From Eledone cirrhosa (taxonomy: Eukaryota): a stretch of 64,000 bases of DNA. The notes beneath the pieces were generated by a model. It saw only the letters and a list, made by a program, of their open reading frames with translations, made no database searches and was not told where the DNA came from. The translations under genes were made by a program, and so were the position numbers. The DNA is taken from assembly GCA_964016885.1 (NCBI GenBank), contig OZ024740.1, forward strand, positions 97,836,001-97,900,000, written 5' to 3'. Shown piece by piece: positions 1-13,669 of this stretch (its first letter is position 1; every line of letters begins with the position of its first letter).

Positions 1-67
1 CAACCCGTCTAACCCATGTTAGCGTGGAAGAACGGACGTAAAACGGTGATGATGATGATGATGATGA

Positions 68-70
<3 letters not shown>
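1..70 (+). mobile_element. 3' end of an RTE-family element with (GAT)n tail abutting (TA)n
   Basis: cccatgttagcgtggaagaacggacgtaaaacggtgatgat resembles the 3' terminus at 17677-17731. Confidence 0.7.
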
Positions 71-101
<31 letters not shown>

Positions 102-442
102 ATCAATCAATCAAAATCACACATGTGATGCATCTAGTCATCAGTGGATCATTCTAGACGTTCGAGTGTGTGTCCACCATAGGATTTCAGTGAGCCTCGG
201 AAATGCTTGGCAGTTCCCATCTCCTCTTCAAGCATCCAGTCCTTCCATAAGTTTAGCCTGGCAGCAGAAGATAACACTTTGTACAGTATTGAAATAACAT
301 TTCTGTAAATCAGTTTGCTCTACTTTGAAATAAAGAGTGGGTAATGCTATGCCTGGATTTGAAATATACATACATTCAACTGCCTCTCACAAAGCTTCCA
401 TCTACCAAATTCTACCCACAACTCAAAATATGGTTGAAGACA

Positions 443-870
443 CATCATCATCATCATCACCGTTTAACATCCATCTTCTATGCTAGCATGTGTTAGATGG
501 TTTTGTTCCATTTGATGCAGGAATGGTCGGAAAACCATGTCTCGCTGGCATAAAAGCGTCTCTGGCAGGTTTATTTTACAGCTGGATGCCCTTCCTAACA
601 CCAACCACATTTACAGTGTGGCCTTTTCAACATGTCTCCTACATGGCCACCTTACAGTGAGGACTGTTGTGTCATCAATACAGTGGACGGAACTGGAGAG
701 GGTTGTTGGAGTAGGGTGTACATTTGGTTAAGAGGTGCCTACTGACTGTAGGTTTGTATGCAATGGCAGTTGGGTCTTCTGTACAACTGCATGGTGACAA
801 AGGTCTCGATCCAGTGTCATTGTCTTAGAGAGGTGTAGGTGAGTAAGGTCTGTTTTATATCACCTCGTCC
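443..870 (-). mobile_element. Degraded RTE 3' end (ORF C-terminus, 3' UTR and tail)
   Basis: (CAT)n tail at 443-460; ctggatgcccttcctaacaccaaccacatttacagtgtg and aaggtctcgatccagtgtcattgtct match 4238-4275 and 4543-4570. Confidence 0.75.
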
Positions 871-971
871 CTGTAAATTCTAAAGGGTTATATAAAGGTG
901 GATTGACTGAAACAAATGAATATCAGAGAAAATACCTAGTAATATTTGGATATTGGCCTTTATAATAATAA

Positions 972-1101
972 TTGTTTCTACTTTAGGCACAAGGCCAGCA
1001 AATACCCCAGTGCATTACTGGTACTTTATTTTATCGACCCCCCCCCCCCCCCATAAGGATGAAAGGCATAGCTAACCTTGGGATGATTTGAACTCAGAAC
1101 A
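972..1101 (-). mobile_element. tRNA-derived SINE fragment
   Basis: Reverse complement of the SINE body (gttctgagttcaaat...tgcctttcatccttat...gtcgataaaataaagtaccagtaatgcactgggg...ggccttgtgcctaaagtagaaac) seen at 10912-11115. Confidence 0.8.
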
Positions 1102-1746
1102 TTACAGCTGGTTTGAACAGAAAGAGGTGAGAGAATTCTGGCCTGATACAGCCGGTTTAAATGTCAAAGGGTTAAATTTAAAACAGGCACAAAGATGAAA
1201 GAAGGGGTTAATAAGATATGATAATTGTTTGCCAACATGCAGAAGGTATTGTAGAGGAGGGTGTAACATGGAATCACAATTCTGCAAAATATATTTTCTA
1301 ACCAGTGAGCCACACCAGTAAAAATAGAAAATAATATATTGAGGCATAGAAAGCAACATGACAATAATAGACAAACTGCTTATCTAACCATGCAGCCACC
1401 CACTCACTCCATCCTTCAATGGCAATGCACCTCTTTTATACATTTTTATTTCGAGACAAGACAAAGATTACTATGGATTTTTATAAAAAGGAATTTGAAG
1501 CAGCAGCAATGGAAAAGAGAAGTGTGAATAAACCAGAGAGGTGAGGAAGTGAGGGTGGGATGACGAAACTAAGAAGGAAAGAAAAGAGAGAAAACAATAT
1601 TCATGTCTGTGTAGGTATATGTGAATGTGTGTGTTTGTAGTACAATAACCTAGAAAAAGAATACGTGGTATCATGCTGAAATATTGCACCATATTACTTA
1701 TCTATTCTGTCGCTGAGCTATTTCAATCCTATTCTGACTACATACA

Positions 1747-1797
<51 letters not shown>

Positions 1798-2584
1798 TAT
1801 ATATGTTCATGTATATGTGTGTGTGTGTGTGTATATATATATATTTGTATGTGTGTGTTTATGGAAACCTTTTAACATATACGTATGTATGCATTTAGAC
1901 TCACATACTCAAATATGACTATACAAATATGTATGTACATATACATACATCATATATACATATATACTGCCATTGTTCTTCAGAGTATCATAACAAAGTA
2001 TCAGTATTTCTCACACACAGACATCAGACATCTCTAAAATTAGCAAAAAAGAAGAAAAACAACATCAACAACAATATTACTACTAATAATAATAATAACA
2101 ATAATAATAAATTAAAAAATAACAAAAGTGACAAACAAAACAAAATTTAAGTAAAGAAGAAACATATTCTCAAATATAGAAACCCAGTTCTCAAGAACTA
2201 TCCGGATTGTTTTTGCTCTTGCAGGAGATCAATTGATTAGCTTTCATTATATTTCTCATCCAGAACAAACTGGTTACACACCAGATATAAACCATTCAAT
2301 GAGACACGTTGCCAAAAATCTTTTCCCAACCTGACACTCTAGAACAAAATCCAGCCAAAATCTTTCAAATAAGCTAAGTGACAATCTATTTTTAGTATCT
2401 ATTTTACAGGCAGTTTTCCAGATCCCAATTCTATTAAATATGATCCCTGTTTTTTTTTTTCCAAACGCAGGCCACTACTTCTTTCAGTTACAGTTATATT
2501 TCTAGTTTACCATTCTTCTATTGTTTCATATGTATGATAGCTTTTGTGTTATTTCTTTCTTATTATTTCTTTTTCAAATTTCAG

Positions 2585-3560
2585 TCATCATAATCATCAT
2601 CATCATCATTATGATCACCATCATTGTTTTAACATCTGCTTTCCTCTCTAGCAAGTGTTGAATGGGTCAACATAGACCAAGTCAACACTGAAGCAGGGCT
2701 ACCAATCTTCCAGACAAGCCAACGATCTTTTGTCTCACTTATGCATGGTCTCATGTTCTACTGAGTGCACAGTAGAGGTTAACATGTCTTTGGCACAAGT
2801 GAGGGCCTTCCGAATCTTGTGTATACAATAATGTATACACAGGAGTGTATATAACATGTGTATGCTGGATAGTGAGATATGTATGTTTGTGTATGTGTAT
2901 TCGTCTAGAACTTTGTTGTCCTACATTTTTAATAAGTGATCTAAAGTTTATCAACTTTTATTTCATATAAACGGATATATGTATATCATCATCATCATTG
3001 GTTAACTTCTATCATCCATGTTTACATGAATTAGATGAATCCTTCTGTGATAAGGCTAGATTTTAACTTGGTTTTCTATGGCTGCATACCCTTCATAATT
3101 TCAACCACAGAACAACATGTACAGGGAGCTTTACTCGTAGCACCTCTACTAGTACTTCATAGGGGGGAACAGATGCATTGTTGTCATGGTACCAGTAAGA
3201 CCACACTTTACAGTGTGGTCTGAGATTTTTTTATCATAGCACCAGCATTACCACTTGGTTAGGCTGGGTGCTTTTTGTCATGGGACTTGCACCACCACCT
3301 TACATGGGTGTTTTTTTGTTCATGGCACCAGTATGACCACCACTCAGGGTGACTGAGTGATTTTAGTCATAGCACCTGTATGATAACCTTGCAGAGTGTA
3401 CTGTGCATTTTTGTCATGGCACTAGCTCACCGACCTAACATAGTGGACAGGATGATTTTGTTATGGGACCTGCACTAGGCAAGAGCAGTTGTGGGGCATG
3501 TCTAGTTTTGCATGCATGGGTTGGACTAGAAAAGTGCATCAGGGATTTTTGTTTGTGGAG
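2585..3560 (-). mobile_element. Two old RTE-tail-like fragments; the second has degenerate ~40-bp tandem repeats
   Basis: (CAT)n tails at 2586-2625 and 2986-2998 followed by the gtttaac-like terminus motif; recurring tgtcatggcaccag...accacc units at 3180-3470. Confidence 0.5.
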
Positions 3561-4103
3561 AGGAATGGGATACATTGATATAATCATTAGACATTAACTT
3601 CCTCCATGTCCACCTGGGTTTAATGAACTGTCACCCTCAGATACTAGGCCAGAAAGGATACCACATCTAGTTATTGGGATCTTTGTGTATTGGTATGAGT
3701 TTTGGCTAAGCTAGGAGAAGGAGGTTGAATATGGGAGTTGGGTTGGGGCTGTCTTTTCATGCTGGAAGGAGTTGGACAAGAAAAGGAGTAGGGCTGTTTT
3801 TTCCATGATAGTAGGAGATATTGGATGTAAAAGGTAGGGTGGGTGTGGATAGAGGAAGTGAAAGGAAGTTGCCTAAGGGGGATTAGTTAGGTAATGGTTG
3901 GAGGGATGGGTGTGTGATAAGTTGGGGAAATGTATGACGAACATTGGAATAGAATGTTCTTTGTATTTGTTTCATGTATGCATGGGTAAGTGGGTCTTTT
4001 GCAGTATGGCACTATCTCCTTCGAGAGATTTAATTGTGCCTGTCATCTGTTTATATATGTGTATGTAAGTGTGTGTGTATATATATATATATATATACAA
4101 ACA

Positions 4104-7100
4104 TATCATCATCATCATCATCATCAACGTTTAACGTCCGTGTTCCACGCTTGCATGGGTTTGGATGGGGGTAGTCCCACTTGAGGCAAGAGTGATTGTC
4201 TTGCTCGCATAGGACTGTCTGGCAGGTTTTCTACAGTTGGATGCCCTTCCTAAGACCAACCACATTTACAGTGTGGGTCTGGGAGGTTTTTACCGTGTTG
4301 CCTACACGGCCACATTACAGCGTGGACTGTGTGTTTTTTTTGTCGTGACACCTACACGATCTCATTTGTTTCGGCCTGGATGGCGCGGCACCAACATAAC
4401 TTTACATAGAACGGGGTGGTGTGGATGGGGTGGGGGTGGTGGTGGTGGGACGGGGTGTATTTTGTTAGAGATGCCTACTGGCTGGAGTAGGTTTTACTAT
4501 ATATTTAGGTAAGGTGGGTCTTCTCTGTTACTGAGTACCGCCAAAGGTCTCGGTCCAGTGACATTGTCTTGGAGAGGTGTAAGTGTGTGATGTCGGAGTT
4601 TATCAGCTTGTCCCAGGTTTTTCTAGGTCTGCCTATTCCGTGACTACCGTCTATCTTTATTGCCCTGCACTTTGTTATACAGCTATCGACTTTCATGCGC
4701 ATCACGTGACCATACCAACATAGCCTTCTCTCGAGTAAACAACATCTGATCCCTCTTATCTCTAATTTTTTCCTTAGTTCGTTTATGCTTTGCCGTTCAC
4801 GTATATTACAGTTACACATCCAGCGGAGCATGCAAGCTTCGTTCCTCTCTAGTCTGCGTATATCCTCTGCACACAATGCCCAGGTCTCACTGCCATGCAG
4901 CATTGCTGTTCGTATGCAGGCATCGTACAACCTGCCTTTCATTTTTAGGGAGAACCCTTTAGCAGCTAATAGTGGTATAAGCTCTCTGAACTTTTTCCAA
5001 CCAGTTCTGACTCTAGCTACAGTACTTTCAGAGCACCCTCCCCCACTGCTGATTTTATCGCCCAGGTAACGGAAGCTGTCCACTATTTCTATAGAACCCT
5101 CTGCGCAATTGAAAGAGCTAGTAGTTTGTGGGCACTTGCTGCTACTTATTGCACCAGAACACCGGCCACATGTAAAATCTATGTTCTTAGTTAGCTTACC
5201 TGTGATCCCACTACATCTTTTATGCACCCATACTTTGCATTTAGTTCATAAAATGGAGTTTCTACCTACGCCTTTCTTACACACCGAGCACGACCATTTC
5301 CCAGAAGGGATCGCCGCCTTGTTTTCTTTCCTACAAACTAGAACTTTGGTCTTAGCCAGGTTAATTTTAAGTCCTTTTGATTCTAGGCCGTGCTTCCATG
5401 TTTGGAATTTCTTCTCTAGCTCGGCCATTGATTCCGCTATGAGTGTCAGGTCGTCTGCGTATAGGAGTTCCCATGGGCAGCCTGTCTTGAACTCCTCTGT
5501 TATAGCCTGAAGGGCAATAATAAATAGTAGGGGGGCTGAGAACAGAGCCCTGATGGACGCCAACTTTTACGCTAAACTCTTCACTATATTCGTTGTTAAT
5601 TCTAACCTTGCTGACTGTTTCTTTATACATGGCTTGTATAGCTCTCACAAGCCATTCGTCAACACCTAGTTTTCTAAGAGCCCACCAGATAATGGAGCGG
5701 GGGACTCTGTCGAAGGCTTTCTCCAAGTCGACAAAAGCTAAGTAGAGGGGTTTACCTTTAGCTAGGTACTTCTCCTGTAGTTGTCGTACAATGAAAAGAG
5801 CGTCTGTGGTACTTTTGCCTGACACAAACCCGAACTGCATTTCATCTAGGTCAATTCTCTCTCTGATTAGTTGCGCTATTACTTTTTCCGTGACCTTCAT
5901 GACCTGGTCGATTAATTTAATACCTCTATAGTTACTCCTATCTAGGGCGTCTCCTTTACCCTTATAACAGTTAACGATGATGCTGCTATGCCAGTCCTTC
6001 GGAACAACCCCATTCTGTACGACTTGGTTAACTATGCGGGTGACCATGGTGTGTCCCACCGTGCCAGATGCCTTCAGCATCTCAGCAACTATTTCCGAAG
6101 GCCCAGCCGCCTTACCCATCTTCATATCCTTGATTGCCTTACTTATTATACTCCCCTCGACTAACACTGCTGGTCCCTCTATTGGGTCGATATGGGGGAG
6201 ACTGTCTTTCTCCCATTTATTCTCCTCATTTAGTAGCCTTTCATAGTGACACTTCCAAGCTACCTTCTTATCAGCGTCGGTGATGGCAAGTGTGCCATCG
6301 TCGTTTAGTACACACTTCTCCCCGACAATATCACGGTTTTCCTTGACGCATTGCCTAGCAATCCTGAACACCTCATGTTTTTGGTCATCGCGTTGTAGAA
6401 CATGCTTGAACTTTCTTTCCTCAGCTTCCCTTCTTGCTAAGTACACTTGTCTCCTAGCTTCCCTCCTGGCCACTTGATAGTCTTCTCTACTTCCCCCATC
6501 CCGCCATACTTTCCAAGCCTGCTTTTTGGCCTTAATTGACCCCTCCACCTTACTGTTCCACCACCATGTTACTCTCCTCCTGCCTACAGGCCTGCTCCAG
6601 CCACAGACTTCGTCTGTCGCCAACAGCAGGTTTGCTTTCAGAAATTCCCACTCTCCCTCTATATTGTCCGACTCTAAATGTTCTTCCTTACTGTCAAAAG
6701 CATCAAGTAATATGCTTTGAAATTTATTCCTGGCTGTGGGGTCCTTTAGCTTCCATATTTTTCTCCTGAGGATAGTCCTCTTCTGCTGTCGAGTACGTCT
6801 CGTCCTGACTATGAGGTCGCTAATTATCAGTCTATGTTGGGAGGTGCATTCTTCATGGGGGAGGGATTTAGTGTTTACAACAGACACTCTGTCACGTCTT
6901 CTGGTAAGGATATAATCTACCTGGCTTGTGTGTTCCCCGGATCTATAGGTGATCAGGTGATTGTCACGTTTTTTGAAGTTAGTGTTACAGATAGTTAGGT
7001 TATTTGCATCACAGAATTCCAGGATTCTGGAGCCTTCCTCATTTCTAGTACCAAACCCATAGCCTCCATGGATTTCGTCGTAGCCGTCACAATGTTGTCC

Positions 7101-8259
7101 AACGTGACCATTTAGCTCGCCTGCAATAATTATATAGTCACTGTCGGATATTTGGGAGGTAGTTAGCATCAGTGTCTCATAGAATCTGTCTTTTATAGTG
7201 CCGGGCAGTCCGGATTGGGGTGCATACGCAGATATTACTGTCACCGTAGTTCTATTGAGGACAAGTCGTATTTTAATTATTCTGTCGTTCACTCTATTTA
7301 CGTCTATTATCTTATCTGCCCACTTTTCTGCTACCATGATTCCTACTCCACCCAGCCCATCGTCGTTTCCCACCCAGAAAAGCTTATAACATCGTTTTTT
7401 ACCCTCAATGAACCTAGCAGACCCACCCCTCCACCTGGTCTCTTGAATACAACAAACATCGACCTCCTTACGTTCAAGCATTTCTACAACCTCGTTAGCG
7501 CGACCCTTTAGGGTGCCTACATTTATGGTACCAACTCTGAAGTTTTGGATTGCGTTTGGGGGTTGGGGGCGGTGGGGGGCGATGGGGTTATGTTAGCCGT
7601 CCACGGTCGAAACAATGAGGAGTGCTCGCATTCTCGTCCAAGAGGTGAATTTGTCTTTATCTTTGGCATTGTTGCTGAGCGTCCAGATTTTTCTCTCTCT
7701 CTCCTCCACTCTCCAGGATTCCGCAGTCCCTCCATCCATCATATATCGAAAGGCAACCAGGCAAGCGATAGTATAGGCCTCTGGCTTCTGATTGGTCCGC
7801 GTAATAATACTGGTGATGCGTGGGGGCTCTGGCTTATGATTGGTCCACGTAATAGCAGTGGTGGGGGCGGGAGGGAGGGGTATTGGGTAGCTAGATAGGA
7901 GGTAATGATTGAATGGGGTCCTTGCACATTTAACAAGCGATTAACAAAAATACAAAATTTTTTATGTTCAATACGACCAAAAACTTTCGTATCTAACAAT
8001 TAATAAATACAAAAAATGTAGATCGTTTTAGCGATAGATTGGCTATTTGGACTTGATACGAAATATGGATTGTTTTGAAAATACGCTAGAATTAGGAATT
8101 GAGGTTTGTGGAGGTAGAGATGAATACGCTAGAATTAGGAATTGAGGAATTAGGATTGTGGAGGTAGAGATGAAGGAAAATATGTACATTACGTTACATG
8201 AATATCGTGGAGTAAACAGCAAAGCAATGAAATGAAATTTGGCGAAGTGAATTCCTATC

Positions 8260-8299
<40 letters not shown>

Positions 8300-8407
8300 G
8301 GGGGGTGGCCGGATGATGATTGTGTGTGTTAGGCGTTTGACCGCCATGCCTTCGAAGTAGCGGGTGGGGGGGGGTCGAGGAAGCGGGAGTTTCGAAAGAA
8401 GGAAGAA
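4104..8407 (-). mobile_element. Full-length RTE-type non-LTR retrotransposon (APE endonuclease + RT with PHD-like finger), ~4.3 kb, with target-site duplication
   Basis: APE motifs (FRVGTINVGTL, CIQETRW, SAYAPQ, SQVDYIL, SQHRLI); RT motifs (LAFVDLEKAFDRV, GVHQGSVLSP, LLYADD, FRYLG); (GAT)n 3' tail at 4105-4126; ATATATATATATATACAAACA duplicated at 4083-4103 and 8408-8428. Confidence 0.93.
4505..7540 (-). pseudogene. RTE ORF (APE-RT-PHD-thumb) broken by a frameshift near 5530 and a nonsense codon near 5247
   Basis: ORFs 5367..7481, 5246..5563 and 4505..5227 join into one RTE protein by comparison with the copy at 14990-17216; the frame is open without ATG for roughly 35 codons upstream of 7481. 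Confidence 0.9.
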
Positions 8408-8689
8408 ATATATATATATATACAAACACATCAGTTTCAACTGTAGTCCACAAAACCATGGATGAAATGGTTCTCACATTGCCACCAAGTTAACTCAAGC
8501 CTTGTGAGCAAAACTGAACAGAAAAAGTTTTAGGGACACTAGTGAGAGAAGGAGGAGTAGTATTTAAGTTGAGAAACCATAACTAATGAGTTACTGTAGT
8601 AGTAAGCAGTACAACAATACATTACATTCTCTTTCGAACAGGGAGCTGGCTTCATTGTTTGTAAAATTGTGGATATTCCAGTTTAATTT

Positions 8690-9020
8690 TCTAACAATAT
8701 TGCCAATCAAAGGTGATCCCATCCAGTGAGGCCAGTGTCTCTTGCTAACCGAGTCCTGATGATTATGCATGAATGTCCTACTTGCTGATTTGCTTCTGGT
8801 GACCAGAGAAGCAGTTTCCTTGCACGTTCATCATGGCAGGAAACATGACCAGCAAGAGCCAAGCATTGGGATCGAACTTTCAATGAAACTCATGGCAGAT
8901 CCCCATAAAGAACTTTGTTGATAGAGAGACTTTGTCACAAAATGTTGAACACCACATGTAACATTATAGTGTAGGAACCTTCAAGTGAACAACACTGAGA
9001 GTCAAGGATTCTGAATCATA
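8690..9020 (-). mobile_element. Degraded 3' coding end of a different RTE-like LINE
   Basis: Manual translation gives VLYGDLP*VSLKVRSQCLALAGHV...KLLLWSP...LARDTGL, a typical RTE C-terminal pattern. Confidence 0.55.
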
Positions 9021-9234
9021 TTGTAAGGTGGTTTTGACCCTAACTTTGATTTAATCTAACAATATATTTTTATCAGTTAGTCAAGACAGAGGGATGGCAC
9101 CTATGAGCTTTTACATAGCATCCAAGACTGGTGGAAATGTGTGAAAAAGGTATCTTTAAATCGAGAATATGAATTGAAAGCTGGTAACAGTGGGAACTCT
9201 ATTAAAATCACACTGGGGGTATTAAACTGGACAA

Positions 9235-9573
9235 CAGATTAAGTCTGTAATCCCAGTAGATCTAAGTTAGATTTGAACTCAGAATGCAAATAGCTAGGAC
9301 AAATACTGCAAAACATCACATCCAGTACTCTAATTATTCCATTATTCCACCACCTTAAATTTGTACTTTATTTATTCTTGGAAAGAAGAAATGTAAAGTT
9401 GAACACATTGAATACATTTCTTCTTTCCAAGAATAAATAAAGTACAAATTTAAGGTGGTGGAATAATGGAATAATTAGAGTACTGGATGTGATGTTTTGC
9501 AGTATTTGTCCTAGCTATTTGCATTCTGAGTTCAAATCTAACTTAGATCTACTGGGATTACAGACTTAATCTG
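9235..9573. repeat. Perfect inverted repeat, 161-bp arms and 17-nt spacer, built from SINE debris
   Basis: 9235-9395 is the reverse complement of 9413-9573; no mismatch seen on manual comparison. Confidence 0.92.
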
Positions 9574-10794
9574 CCAATTCACCACCTAATAAATGTTATA
9601 TATTAAATGAAATAAACTTTTCTAACAAGGTTCTTGATATCCTATGTTATTTTATATTTAAGCATTATTGAGGCTTTGATTATCAATGTATTTCTGCCAA
9701 AATGAGAGATAGACAGATGGATGGACAAATACAGTGGCAGATATATAGGTATAAATATAGATAGATAGAACAGCATATATATATAGGCAAAAAGACTGAT
9801 CAATAGATATACAGATAGATAGATAATGATATAGACATTTTCATAGATACAGGATGTGACTGACATGAAAACAGAAAGGTAGATATTTTCATAATTATTG
9901 TTGTTATTGTTTGCTTTAGAAAATTGGGTGCTTTTGAAAACCTTGTTCCCTGACAGTATGCATATGATGATATCTTTTAAGATGCATGTCATATTAGAAA
10001 CACTATCTATCAGTGAAGCAGGAAGCAGGGAAATGTGGCATAGTTTTACAGTGAATCTTGTCAGTATAGTAACCAGAATCTCATATGATAGGCTGTTGAG
10101 TCAAAGACTGACTTTGATATGAGTGATCATAGAATCAATCATGACAGGCTGTTCTATATAGATTCCATAAGTATTAAGAACATCATACACACACTTATGC
10201 ATAAACATACATATGCATACTAATACATGCAGCTATTTGAAAATATTGTCCAATACACAAACCTGTGCAGTACAGACAGACTGAATGGCACACACACACA
10301 CACACACAAAAACATGCACACATGAACTTCCATTTGTTTCAATGTAGAGTGTTTGATCAGTTGTTTTTATCAAATGGAACAGCCTGCTTTTTAAGTGACT
10401 GAGCATTCCAAAGAAACATATATCCTTGCCTAGTTCTCGGTGAGATTCAGCTTTAGACAGTGTGTGACAAGGCTGGCTCCTTATGAGAACTACATACTTT
10501 TACCAGCTAAATGAACTTGAACAACAAAAAATGATGTCTCACTCAAGAACATACAATACAAGCATTTGAACGCAATTTTAAATAGAAGTTAATCTTGCAG
10601 CATCCATGACAGACTTCATACCTATCATGGGATCCCTTTTGAAGCAACAGTTAATGGTTAGATGCTCATCGTCAGATCAACACTTTTAGTCAGCTGCTAT
10701 GGCATGCAAGAATGCTGTCTATGTATCCTAAAGGAATACACATTATCTGTTAATCACTATAAGGTTTAACTTAATCACTATTATTACTATTATT

Positions 10795-11115
10795 ATTAAC
10801 TTTGCCTTTCATCCTTACGGGGTCGATAAAATAAAGTACCAGTAATGCACTGGAATAGTTGCTGACCTTGTGCCAAAAGTAGAAACAATTATTATTATTA
10901 TTATTATTATTAGGTGGTGAATTGGTAGAATCGGTAGAGGGTTGGACACCATGCTTTGCAGCACTGAGTTACGGCCCTTTACGTTCTGAGTTCAAATCCT
11001 GCTGAGGTTAACTTTGCCTTTCATCCTTACGGAGTTAATAAAATAAAGTACCAGTCATGTAGCTGGGGTCGATTTAATCTGCTGGCCTTGTGCCTATATA
11101 AGAGAACACTATTAT
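10795..11115 (+). mobile_element. Partial plus near-complete tRNA-derived SINE pair with (TTA)n tails
   Basis: A-box-like TGGTAGAATCGG near 10923 and B-box GAGTTCAAATCC near 10988; the shared body is repeated more than 10 times in the window. Confidence 0.85.
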
Positions 11116-11295
11116 AATTATTGTTGTTGTTGTTTTTTTTTCATTCAGTATTGTTTCCATTATATGCCAAGTGTCTTCCTGACACCTAGGGCAAAAAAAC
11201 ATAGATAAGCCACTTAACCACCACATTGATTATAATTTACAGCTTTTAAAAAAAACAAAAAAACATATATATATACACACACATATATTATTATA

Positions 11296-12212
11296 GGCGT
11301 TCACAGCCCTTAACCAGTCGGGCAATGTGATCGGTGGAAACTCCACCTTGGCATTCTATAGAGGATTAGTAGAGGGGAAGAGCGACGATGTACTTGGGGA
11401 AACTCTAGGCGTCGACGAAAATCAACTAGCCAATCTCTTCGGAAGAACTTTCGGGCCGGGGCCTATGGACAATTTCCAGAAATCCCTGACCTGGCAGTGC
11501 TACCGAAGAGCTTTGCCAGTTCAGAATAAACTCTATAGGCATGGAAGTGCCGCAGGGCGACGAAACCGTCCTGCACGTATTTGTGCAGTGTCTGTGCATT
11601 GCTGACTTGTGTGTTTATGTCGAATACCTGCTGTCGTGTGTTGAACGGATCCAGCTATCAGCTGAGTCCATCGTGAGGATTGCCCCGTCCTCTTCCTTTA
11701 GCCGGGAAGGACAGGCAGTTTTTATCTTTCTGGTGGCCATGGTGAAAGAGATAGTATGGTGGACACGTCTGAAAGGGCTGAAGACGAGCACTTACCTCTT
11801 CGGTGATGCCGTGATTAACTTTTTCAAATTTCATTTGAAAATAAAAATCAGGGTAGAGAGGGAAGTGCTCTCTTCCCAGCATTTTGTTGAAAGATGGGTG
11901 AGAGAAGCAAGAATGGCCCGAGTGAATACTCTGAGTATGCGCCTGTAAATTCAAGGTGGAAAGCTGGGAGAGGGCACTTGCCCTGGAGGTCAGGGTCACG
12001 GTGGCTCTTTTTAATGGGCTTTCTTCACTTTGGCCCTCGGAAGTCTCCCCCCCCCCCCCTTATTGGGGAATTTTTCATTGTTCCTTTTTTGTTACATCCT
12101 CTGTTTTTGTTTTTTTTACATGCCTAAAAGCCCATTTGTACCGTCCTGTATTGTCCTGTACTGTCCTTCATGTCTTACTTTGTGTAAACCCTTGTGGTTA
12201 ATAAAGAAAGCA
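11296..12212 (+). mobile_element. Tx1/L1-like LINE 3' end (zinc-binding zf-RVT-type region, 3' UTR, AATAAA)
   Basis: KSLTWQCYRRALPV...ETVLHVFVQC motif (ORFs 11327 and 11541); T-rich 3' UTR ending in AATAAAG at 12200. Confidence 0.7.
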
Positions 12213-12469
12213 TTATTATAATTATCATCATTATTATTATTATTATTTTGTGTGTTATCACTGCCTTACTGGGTGCTGCTCTGTGTGGCTTGGATATATT
12301 TGCAGTGTAGTTTTTGGTGGTGTTTTATTATTGTTGTTACTATTGTTATTATTATTATAGATCCAAGCCAGTAGGTTGTTAGTGTCAGTAGAACACTGAC
12401 TACCACTTTTTCTTCCCCGAAAATTGTTGGGCTTCTGTTTAAATCAGAAACCATTATTTTAATTATTCT

Positions 12470-13145
12470 TTTTATTGGATAGGAAGTATCAGTAGAGAAC
12501 CAGACACCATGCTTTTCAGCATAGAGTTATGTACCTTTACGTTCTGATTTCAAATCCCAGTGAGGTTACCTTTGCCTGTCATCCTTAAAAGTTCGATAAA
12601 ATAAAGCACCAGTAACATACTGGGGTCGATTTAATTGACATATCCTCCCCCAAAAATTAAGGGCCTTGTGCTTAAATCAGTAACTATCATTATTATTATT
12701 TCTGTTATTATTAATCCATTAATAGATTGGCAGTATTGGTAGAGCATCGGACAACATGCTTTGCAGAATAGAGTTATGTCCCTTTACAATCTGAGGCCAA
12801 ATTCCGCCGAAGTTAGCTTTGCATTTCATCCTTACGAGGTCAATAAAATAAAATAACACACTTGGGTCAATTTAATCAACTTCCCTTCCCCAAATATTTC
12901 TGGTCTTGTGCCTAAATCAGAAATCATTATTATTAATCCAAGGCGAAGGATTTGCAATATCGGTAGAGGGTAGGACAACTTGCTTATCAGACAATTCAGA
13001 ATGGCCCTTTACATTCTGAGGCTATTTCTGCCAAAGTTAGCTTTGCATTTCATCCTTATGGAGTCAATAAAATAAAGTACCAGTAACACAATGGAGTAAA
13101 AAATTGTCGGCCTTGTACTCAAAGTAGAAACAATTTATTATTATT
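12470..13145 (+). mobile_element. Head-to-tail array of three tRNA-derived SINEs
   Basis: SINE body repeated at about 12475-12695, 12725-12932 and 12940-13145, each ending in (TTA)n. Confidence 0.85.
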
Positions 13146-13304
13146 ATTTTGTCTTAAAACCACTGATAGATAGCTTTCAGCAAGTAAACGTATAATTCTG
13201 TCTTCAGTCGAATTGAGTGGATCAATGAGAAAATTACAGAGTTCTGCATTACTATATCACATTACTATCATACTGTTTCTATTGTTTAATATTATGTCTC
13301 TAAG

Positions 13305-13334
13305 TCACACACACACATGCCCCCCCACACACAA

Positions 13335-13404
<70 letters not shown>

Positions 13405-13577
13405 ACAAAGTCATTTTGTACACATATTTGAATATATGCATACACACACACATGTGAATACATATTGGAAAAAAATAACTATATATATATATGCACACAC
13501 ATACAGAGACACGAGATAGTAGTACAGAATTCATCATAGACTGAGACAGATGCAGCCATCTGAAACTTATCTCAAAG

Positions 13578-13669
<92 letters not shown>

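Noticed and set aside
4785-7511. Plus-strand ORFs overlapping the RTE, and their mirrors at 15-17 kb and 52-53 kb
   Set aside because: Antisense shadows of retroelement ORFs; they recur only because the elements are duplicated
8300-8407. HDV-like ribozyme at the RTE 5' end
   Set aside because: The region is GC-rich with a small hairpin, but I could not build the nested double pseudoknot by eye
10912-11005. Possible tRNA gene (A and B boxes)
   Set aside because: No cloverleaf found; it continues into a multi-copy SINE body and (TTA)n tail
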